64,000 bases of DNA from a virus (taxonomy: Duplodnaviria > Caudoviricetes): positions 1 through 64,000 of IMG/VR virus record IMGVR_UViG_3300026549_000034; one strand, 5' to 3'. The position numbers were made by a program, and so were the translations under genes. Shown in pieces: positions 21,610 to 27,776 of this stretch. The first letter of the stretch is position 1, and the number at the start of each line of letters is the position of its first letter. Below the pieces are notes generated by a model. That model worked only from the letters and a program-made list of their open reading frames with translations. It had not been told where the DNA came from and searched no databases.

Positions 21610-21993
21610 ATGTATTATAAGATTAAAGTATCATCAAATAATGAGAAGGGTATAACTACATACTTCACAGATGCTGTTCATTTTGCTGAAGCTGCAAAGA
21701 AAGTATTAGATGTTACTGGTAATGATATTGAAATTGAAGATATATGTCTAATGAAAAACTATAAGCCATCACTTAATGAAAAGTATGATGAGAACAACAA
21801 GCTTTATTTAATAAAAATTGCTGAAGACATATTACAAGACAATAATACTTACAAAACTATAAAATATATATTGCCAGCATTTGCTAACAATTCAAATGAA
21901 CTAAATAATATTGTTAATGATTATTTAAAACAAGGTCTTACTGATATGCGATTGACAACAATATCTGAGACTAAATGGATTTATATTGAATAA
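21610..21993 (+). CDS. DUF4494-like protein (Bacteroidota family)
   Basis: Two-repeat pattern Y.IKV...YFTDAVHFAEA / Y.IKI...ISET. Confidence 0.55.
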   Translation: MYYKIKVSSNNEKGITTYFTDAVHFAEAAKKVLDVTGNDIEIEDICLMKNYKPSLNEKYDENNKLYLIKIAEDILQDNNTYKTIKYILPAFANNSNELNNIVNDYLKQGLTDMRLTTISETKWIYIE

Positions 21994-22002
21994 AGATTAA
22001 AT

Positions 22003-22473
22003 ATGAAGAACATTAATAGCTATATTTTAGAAAAACTAAACATAAACAAAATTGATCTATCATTAGAAAGGAAATATCCTAAATTTACATACAACAATAT
22101 TGCTAATAAAACATTGTTTTTACTTGGATATACTACTTCTGTTGGTGAACATGATGGTATTGGCGTAACTACAAGAGATATTGAATATGTTAAAGAATGG
22201 ATAAGCCAAAATAATATAACAGATGTAGTAGGTGTAATTAATGATAGTGTATTCAATAATGTATCATTTAGTAATCAAAGAAAGAACTATTATATATTTA
22301 ATGATGAATTATATAATAAAATAGATGATGAGTATTTACATTCAAATATTGATGTTTTAAATAAAAGATCATTTATTACTTTATCATGTACAAAAAATAT
22401 TATTTCTACAGATATTTTTAACAATAGTACAATATATGTTATAGACAAAAAATATTTTGACACAATTAAATGA
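22003..22473 (+). CDS. hypothetical protein with capsid-targeting-like N-terminus
   Basis: MKNINSYILEKLNI. Confidence 0.7.
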   Translation: MKNINSYILEKLNINKIDLSLERKYPKFTYNNIANKTLFLLGYTTSVGEHDGIGVTTRDIEYVKEWISQNNITDVVGVINDSVFNNVSFSNQRKNYYIFNDELYNKIDDEYLHSNIDVLNKRSFITLSCTKNIISTDIFNNSTIYVIDKKYFDTIK

Positions 22474-22979
22474 AGCTACTTATTTCATATATACAAGAAA
22501 AACTAAATAAAGGAAGTATTTCAAACTTTGACAAAGAAAAAAATATAAAGGACAAAGAAATACAATTATTTAAGAATTATTATTTTGGATTGTCAAATGA
22601 TGATGCAGATTTAATATTGAATAAATATGTATATGGATGGCCTCTTCCTCAAAATACATTAAATAAAACAACATGTACTGCATTTGAATTATTGTTTATG
22701 CTTGCTGCTATGTTAGTGGATGATGGCAATGACTACTTGCAAGTTTATAAATTAGGATTCACATCATACAAAAAGATTGGAGAAAATAACCCTTATGACT
22801 ATAGTTGGTTTGAAGAAGAAGTTGATGGTAAAGATATGCTTACTATATGTCAGGAATGGATAGCTGATAATGAAAAGGAATTTAGAAACATATATAATTT
22901 ATGCAAAAAATATGATAATGACCTAACTATAGAAAAAATTGAAAGTTTTTATGAGGAAGTATTTGATGCAGAAAATTAA
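22470..22979 (+). CDS. hypothetical protein with capsid-targeting-like N-terminus
   Basis: MKLLISYIQEKL. Confidence 0.7.
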   Translation: MKLLISYIQEKLNKGSISNFDKEKNIKDKEIQLFKNYYFGLSNDDADLILNKYVYGWPLPQNTLNKTTCTAFELLFMLAAMLVDDGNDYLQVYKLGFTSYKKIGENNPYDYSWFEEEVDGKDMLTICQEWIADNEKEFRNIYNLCKKYDNDLTIEKIESFYEEVFDAEN

Positions 22980-23007
22980 AAAAAAATTATGAAAAAATAC
23001 ATTTATT

Positions 23008-23037
23008 TTTAAAATAATTGATATTTTTAACTATAAT
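23008..23037 (+). promoter_or_regulatory. putative promoter of the leader/tRNA island
   Basis: TTTAAAA-N16-CTATAAT. Confidence 0.5.
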
Positions 23038-23085
23038 ATATTATTATTAATTATAAAATAAGTAAAAATTAAACTTCAGAAATAT

Positions 23086-23217
23086 ATGAATAACATTAGT
23101 CTACATAGTATTAGTTTGAATTCATCCCTCTTTAGAGGTATTGAATCATGTGGTAGTATGTTTGAATGTGGACGACCAAGTGAACATATGAAAATTTCTG
23201 GAGATATGGAAGGATAA
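23086..23217 (+). CDS. putative attenuator leader peptide (43 aa, Ser-rich)
   Basis: MNNISLHSISLNSSLFRGIESCGSMFECGRPSEHMKISGDMEG; its 3' end is complementary to the downstream terminator arm. Confidence 0.55.
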   Translation: MNNISLHSISLNSSLFRGIESCGSMFECGRPSEHMKISGDMEG

Positions 23218-23257
23218 AAGTAATATACATATTGAAGTATAAAACATATTAGAATAT

Positions 23258-23296
23258 AAATCTCCAGAACCTTGAAAAAGATTTTGGAGATTTTTT
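23258..23296 (+). terminator. intrinsic terminator (attenuator candidate)
   Basis: AAATCTCCAGAA / TTTTGGAGATTT stem with CTT-GAAA-AAG cap and U tract. Confidence 0.75.
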
Positions 23297-23341
23297 GATT
23301 TATAATAAAAAGGAAGAAAAAATTAAAAAAGTTTGAAAATA

Positions 23342-23371
23342 TTTAAATTTACTTGAAAAATAAACTATATT
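23342..23371 (+). promoter_or_regulatory. putative promoter directly upstream of the first tRNA
   Basis: TTTAAAT-N16-CTATATT. Confidence 0.55.
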
Positions 23372-23455
23372 TAATTATCAAAGTTAATTAAAAAACTGAG
23401 ATTAAATTATCAAAACAAAAAAATAAAGAAGAGTTCTTTGAATACTTTTAATAAT

Positions 23456-23531
23456 GCGGGGTTCGTCTAGAGGCCCAGGACTCGAGATTTTCATTCTCGC
23501 AACATGGATTCGAATTCCATACCCCGTACCA
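23456..23531 (+). tRNA. tRNA-Glu(TTC)
   Basis: Full cloverleaf, loop TTTTCAT, encoded CCA. Confidence 0.93.
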
Positions 23532-23642
23532 TTGTTAAATATTTGGCAGAGTTAGGCCTATTGCACTGCTCCCTACGAGTTAGGTAAAGTGGTATTTACA
23601 GTGGTAATTAATCAAGGGTTCAAATCCCTTAATATTTAACAA
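23532..23642 (+). ncRNA. tRNA-like RNA with 12 bp terminal stem and branched anticodon region
   Basis: Ser-type D arm, AAGGG-TTCAAAT-CCCTT T arm, no normal anticodon arm. Confidence 0.55.
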
Positions 23643-23836
23643 ACGATCTTTGACATATTGATACAATAATACATAAAAAAATATATAAATTACCTGTACT
23701 GGTCAACGATTCTAAGGTACAGAGGGGTACAGGTCATAAGTCATAAACTCTCAGAACGCTGTTGAAACATAACAGATGCGTCAAGTGCCAGCTACTGAGC
23801 AGTCGTAACGGGTTTATGAGATTTATTTTCAAATAT

Positions 23837-24062
23837 AAGTTTCCGAGGGCTGGAAGGAATTCCAATATTGAACCTCCAATGGGCATACTGAATTGACAGT
23901 TGAAAGACCTTGTAGTGGCAAACATGTGATTGAGGTCAGTGCGATACGTAAAGCAACGTAATGGAGACTGTGAAAGAGAAAAGCAGTGAGAATCTGCACT
24001 TTAGTAGAATCCCTTTAGTGGATTGAAGGAGTTAATTGCTCTATGACAGATGTAGGAAACTT
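23837..24062 (+). ncRNA. unknown structured RNA (about 225 nt)
   Basis: Closing stem AAGTTTCC/GGAAACTT, several internal hairpins, GC higher than flanks. Confidence 0.5.
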
Positions 24063-24157
24063 TTAAAATATTATACAGTCACTGGTTGTCGAGAAGACAA
24101 TTAGAATCAGATATCCCTCATAGATGTGTAGATGAACTGTTGAGGAGGGTAAAACAT

Positions 24158-24268
24158 AAGATGCTATGGTTGACCTGCATGACGAAAGGGCGGGTCCGAG
24201 GGTTCGAATCCCTCTCCTGAGGTATCTCGGGATGGCAGAGTGGTTGAATGCATGACCTAAGGTATCTT
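24158..24268 (+). ncRNA. circularly permuted tRNA mimic (YrlA-like topology)
   Basis: Order: variable arm, T arm, acceptor stem closed by GTAT loop, D arm; ends pair as extended anticodon-side stem. Confidence 0.75.
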
Positions 24269-24276
24269 TATTTTTT

Positions 24277-24365
24277 GGAGGTTTGGCAGAGTTGGTCGAT
24301 TGCACCGGTCTTGAAAATCGGCGGGCGTTCATAGCGTCCCGGGGGTTCGAATCCCTCAGCCTCCG
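24277..24365 (+). tRNA. tRNA-Ser(TGA)
   Basis: Class II cloverleaf, loop CTTGAAA, G73. Confidence 0.95.
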
Positions 24366-24370
24366 CATAT

Positions 24371-24448
24371 AAATTCATTGTTGTAGAATAGAGTTACTTC
24401 AATAATAGGGTTTTTATTTAATACTTTATTCGCTAGTTACATGAATTT
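24371..24448 (+). ncRNA. Y RNA-like module, minimal form
   Basis: AAATTCAT/ATGAATTT stem, TGTTGTA/GCTAGTTAC internal loop, GAATAGAGT/ACTTTATTC stem, TACTTC. Confidence 0.65.
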
Positions 24449-24455
24449 TTAATTT

Positions 24456-24540
24456 GGGCAGTTGGATGAGCGATTTAGTCGGCAGTCTGCAAAACTGTTA
24501 GTGGTGAGAACCCAGGCCGGTTTGACTCCGGCACTGCCCT
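24456..24540 (+). tRNA. tRNA-Cys(GCA) with long variable arm
   Basis: Loop CTGCAAA, U73, 17 nt variable region. Confidence 0.85.
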
Positions 24541-24561
24541 CAAAAAAATAAATAATAAATT

Positions 24562-25074
24562 ATGATATTACAATTAAAAGAATATTTAGCAGAAAAATTA
24601 ATAGATACACATATATTTGAAATGGCAAAATCTATTAGTGAATTTGAAGATCTTGTAGAAAATATGATTGATCCAATATTATGTCATATTATTTTAATTT
24701 TAAAAGCTAAAGAAGAAAATTCAACAGAATTTGTTATACATTGGAAAAAAGAAGTCATAGGATTTTTTAAAAAATTTACAAATATTAAATTAAAAACTAA
24801 AAATTCATATGAATCAAAACTAAAACATATAAAATCTATATTATTTGATGAGTTAAATTTAGATAACATGGATAATTTAGATAATATTAAGAAAATTATA
24901 TATATCAAAATGTATCAAGAAGGATATGATTTAAATGATAAAAAAATATGGGATGATTTTAAATCTATTATAGAAGATATTCAAATCAATCATTTAGATA
25001 TAATAATTGATTTAATGGCTTCAAATGATCAATATAAAATCGTTAATTATATAGAAAATTTATATAAAACATAA
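24562..25074 (+). CDS. hypothetical protein (DUF29-like HW..E motif) with capsid-targeting-like N-terminus
   Basis: LKEYLAEKL; HII...HWKKE. Confidence 0.6.
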   Translation: MILQLKEYLAEKLIDTHIFEMAKSISEFEDLVENMIDPILCHIILILKAKEENSTEFVIHWKKEVIGFFKKFTNIKLKTKNSYESKLKHIKSILFDELNLDNMDNLDNIKKIIYIKMYQEGYDLNDKKIWDDFKSIIEDIQINHLDIIIDLMASNDQYKIVNYIENLYKT

Positions 25075-25156
25075 TGAGTGTAGTTTCAACAAGGACTTTT
25101 CTACAAGAACGTTCATTACAAAGTCGTTGTGACAAATAGGGAGAGACCTGTACATT

Positions 25157-25236
25157 GGGTCACGTAGCTGAGAAGGTTTAGCGCTGGATTGAAGCTCCAG
25201 GTCATTTGTACGGCAGTTCGATTCTGCCCGGACCCA
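25157..25236 (+). tRNA. tRNA-Phe(GAA), atypical
   Basis: Loop TTGAAGC; bulged A in acceptor stem; 11 nt variable region. Confidence 0.75.
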
Positions 25237-25529
25237 CTATTGCATTTTTTGAATACTGTTTATGCAAGTCAAATAAGAGAACAGTATATAAGATATACAA
25301 AATATATCTAAAACGCTCAAACATCATAGAGGAGGTCGTAATTCTTTAGGTGGGCTATTGATACTATGGTGAAACTCTGTAGAAATTTAAAATTTAAATC
25401 TGCGCATCTTTTATTAAATTTCTACATATCTTAAGAGTTATCTTGTTACTTGAGGCGCCAAGGAAGGAACCCCGCTTACGAGGAATTAGGGGAAATATTA
25501 AGGACAAGGATTAGGAAAAGATTTTTTAA

Positions 25530-25607
25530 CTGGGTGTATGCCGGTAATTGGTTTAACCGTCCACATTTGGAATGTGGTTTATGCAGGTTCGAATCCTGTC
25601 ACCCAGA
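25530..25607 (+). tRNA. tRNA-Pro(TGG)
   Basis: Loop TTTGGAA, canonical T arm; extended acceptor-D linker. Confidence 0.85.
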
Positions 25608-25609
25608 CT

Positions 25610-25749
25610 AAAGGCAAACGTATTTAAGTGTACATAAAATACGTGTTTGAAAAGAAATGTCAGAATTCGCGGTTCTGAATATAGGTTCGAATCCTTCTTA
25701 ACGGTAGCCAAACGTTTAGTTTATTGGTTAAAACATTTCAAACGCCTTT
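25610..25749 (+). ncRNA. second circularly permuted tRNA mimic
   Basis: T arm AGG-TTCGAAT-CCT precedes closed stem AACG..CGTT and D arm GTTT-ATTGGTTA-AAAC; outer stems GTTTGAAA/TTTCAAAC and AAAGGC/GCCTTT. Confidence 0.65.
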
Positions 25750-25758
25750 TTATTCAAT

Positions 25759-25829
25759 GGGGATGTAGATCAATAGTAAATCATAACACTTTCAATGTTA
25801 AGTCTCCGGAGCGTAACCGGACTTCCCTA
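25759..25829 (+). tRNA. tRNA-Glu(TTC)-like with non-canonical D and T loops
   Basis: Loop CTTTCAA; T loop AGCGTAA; D loop lacks GG. Confidence 0.6.
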
Positions 25830-25831
25830 CT

Positions 25832-26017
25832 AAAAACTATTCATCCTGGTGGCTGGCTGACAGCAAATAGGAGGCATTAGAAGAGCGGGTTCATTCCGGA
25901 AAATTTTATACCACGCTTTCTTGCCGGAAATTTGGAATCAAGTGCGCATACAAGAACAAGTTTCCCATAGGCTTTAACCTGAACAGAATTGGGTGAGATG
26001 GTAATTGAATAGTTTTT
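25832..26017 (+). ncRNA. unknown structured RNA
   Basis: 12 bp perfect closing stem AAAAACTATTCA/TGAATAGTTTTT. Confidence 0.45.
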
Positions 26018-26023
26018 TATTAT

Positions 26024-26097
26024 TGGGCTGTAGCTCAGTTGGTTAGAGCGCTACACTGATAATGTAGAGGTCCTGAGTTCAAATCTCAGCAGCCCAA
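26024..26097 (+). tRNA. tRNA-Ile(GAT)
   Basis: Canonical cloverleaf, loop CTGATAA. Confidence 0.95.
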
Positions 26098-26101
26098 CTT
26101 A

Positions 26102-26298
26102 GAAGTCTAGCTTAAAAGATCTGTGGGAATATTTTAATAATTAAGTCAAGAAGGACGTCGCTTGAAACTGATTTTTAAGATTAGTACCAAGAGAAGATGA
26201 AAGTATGGAACTTAGCTAACTCCAGAAATTAATTCTTAATAATCAGACATAGAGTGCCAGCACGAGGCTGGTGGATTCCGTGAAAGTCGGAGACTTCG
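26102..26298 (+). ncRNA. tRNA-shelled RNA with large insert in place of the anticodon loop
   Basis: GAAGTC/GACTTC acceptor-like stem, TCCG-TGAAAGT-CGGA T-like arm, GCCAGC/GCTGGT arm, TCTGTG/CATAGA stem. Confidence 0.45.
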
Positions 26299-26303
26299 CC
26301 CTA

Positions 26304-26383
26304 TACCGATGTATACCCTCGCTCTCATAAGGCGCTGAAAGGTTAATTGGGTTACATAACAGTTCGATTCTGTTCGTCGGTAC
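26304..26383 (+). ncRNA. rearranged tRNA-like RNA with CAT anticodon hairpin
   Basis: Acceptor and T arms normal; CGCT-CTCATAA-GGCG hairpin with no preceding D arm. Confidence 0.55.
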
Positions 26384-26387
26384 ATAT

Positions 26388-26493
26388 GGAGGTTCACTTG
26401 CAATAATTATTAAGTCTTAAGAAGCTGTTGGGAAACTAATAATTATGAAGTAAAACAATAGGGATTCTGATAGTGATAAATGTACCTCCACCA
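26388..26493 (+). ncRNA. RNA with acceptor-like stem ending in ACCA but lacking T and D arms
   Basis: GGAGGT/ACCTCC-ACCA; internal ATAATTATTA/TAATAATTAT helix. Confidence 0.4.
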
Positions 26494-26499
26494 ATATAT

Positions 26500-26642
26500 A
26501 AATTCCTTGTTGTAAATAAGAGTTACTTCTTTCACCAATATTTCGAAAGGGTAGTTCAGTGGTCAGAACACCAGCATTGAAAACTGGAGGTCGTTGGTTC
26601 GAATCCAACTCTATAAACTTTTATTGAATGTTACAGGAATTT
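26500..26642 (+). ncRNA. Y RNA-like module enclosing a tRNA body (D, anticodon, T arms)
   Basis: Same outer module as 24371-24448; inside GTTC-AGTGGTCA-GAAC, CCAG..CTGG, GTTGG-TTCGAAT-CCAAC. Confidence 0.75.
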
Positions 26643-26652
26643 TATAATTTTT

Positions 26653-26725
26653 GCAGTATTGGTGTTAGTGATTAGCATAGGACACTTCCAATGTTCAGGG
26701 GACAGTTTGAATCTGTTATACTGCT
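26653..26725 (+). tRNA. tRNA-Gly(TCC)
   Basis: Loop CTTCCAA, U73. Confidence 0.88.
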
Positions 26726-26820
26726 CAGGGTCTAATTTAGTAGTAATCAAGACGCAAGGTGTATTCAAAGACTACACAGGAGATAACTACTCAAACCGGT
26801 AAGTAGAGGCCGGTATTTTT

Positions 26821-26895
26821 ACCCTATTCGACTAATGGTTTAGGTCACTACTATCTTAAAGTAGAAATGATGAAGTTCGAATCTTCCATAGGGTG
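26821..26895 (+). tRNA. tRNA-Lys(CTT), atypical
   Basis: Loop ATCTTAA; imperfect T stem. Confidence 0.7.
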
Positions 26896-26898
26896 CTT

Positions 26899-27030
26899 AG
26901 CGCGGTGGTGAAATTCAATAAAACTTTTTTCGCTGTTGCTTCTTTATGAATGCTGTAGATAAGAGTTACTTCAGGTATACACACTTTATTTTGGTTAAAG
27001 ATTATGTTGGTTCGAGTCCAACCCGCGCTA
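26899..27030 (+). ncRNA. tRNA-Gln(TTG)-like RNA with a permuted Y RNA-like module (about 58 nt) in its D loop
   Basis: AGCGCGG/CCGCGCT acceptor, CTTTA-TTTTGGT-TAAAG anticodon arm, canonical T arm; insert 26916-26973. Confidence 0.75.
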
Positions 27031-27042
27031 CTATTTTTTAAT

Positions 27043-27111
27043 AAGTACTTAGCTCAATGTTAGAGCCTTGGATTTTACCAAGAGATTCAGGTTTAATTCC
27101 TGAGGTACTTT
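27043..27111 (+). tRNA. tRNA-like gene with 6 nt anticodon loop (identity undetermined)
   Basis: CTTGG-ATTTTA-CCAAG; paralog at 29898. Confidence 0.6.
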
Positions 27112-27117
27112 TTTAAT

Positions 27118-27193
27118 GCTTCTGTAGCTCAATTGGATTAAGAGCATCTGAATACGAATCAGGAGGTTGCGGGTTCGAGTCCTGTCAGAAGTA
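27118..27193 (+). tRNA. tRNA-Arg(ACG)
   Basis: Loop ATACGAA, A20. Confidence 0.92.
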
Positions 27194-27314
27194 CTAAATC
27201 CTATGGCTATATAGTTGAATTACGTAATAAATATTATATAGTTAAGTAAGCATAGGCGAGGGTCAAGAGGCGAGACGCGTGACTAAGTTTTCGGATCTAA
27301 GGAAAACCGAATTT

Positions 27315-27386
27315 GCAGTGTAGGTGTTAATGGTTGCATAGGATCCTGCCACGATTCAGGAGTCAGTTCAAATCTGATACACTGCT
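27315..27386 (+). tRNA. tRNA-Gly(GCC)
   Basis: Loop CTGCCAC, U73. Confidence 0.9.
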
Positions 27387-27573
27387 CAAAAATTTTCAAA
27401 TCGAAGGAAACATCTAAGAGAAGTCGCAGTTCAGGACCGAATTAGAAGAAGTTACTGTAGGCAACGTTAATAAGAAGCGCAGATGGTGCAATTTATAAAG
27501 TCCTCTGGGAACATTGATGTAACCCCATTATTAAACAGTTGTACAGGATAGTGGAATGTAGATTTGAATATAT

Positions 27574-27671
27574 AAACTTTATAAGAGAACAAGGTGAGAA
27601 ACCAAGATGACCTCAAGTTGTAAAACGGTTGAAGGCGTTAGTTTAGTTATTATAAAACACTTATAAAGTTT
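27574..27671 (+). ncRNA. degenerate permuted tRNA mimic
   Basis: 12 bp outer stem AAACTTTATAAG/CTTATAAAGTTT; GG-TGAGAA-CC before a D-like arm GTTT...AAAC. Confidence 0.4.
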
Positions 27672-27677
27672 TAACAT

Positions 27678-27751
27678 GGTGGTTTTAGCTCAAATGGTAG
27701 AGCGTCTGATTGTGACTCAGAAGGTAATGGGATCGTTACCCATAAACCACC
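27678..27751 (+). tRNA. tRNA-His(GTG)
   Basis: G-1:C73, loop TTGTGAC; T loop ATCGTTA is atypical. Confidence 0.9.
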
Positions 27752-27776
27752 CAAATAAATTTAATAAATATAAATT

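Noticed and set aside
23837-24062. RNase P RNA call
   Set aside because: GAGGAAAGUCC and the matching 3' P4 strand are not found; kept only as an unknown RNA
25075-25156. Degenerate tRNA-like fold before tRNA-Phe
   Set aside because: Stems are short and ambiguous; no consistent cloverleaf could be drawn
26102-26298. tmRNA call
   Set aside because: Too short, no alanine identity elements, no plausible tag peptide
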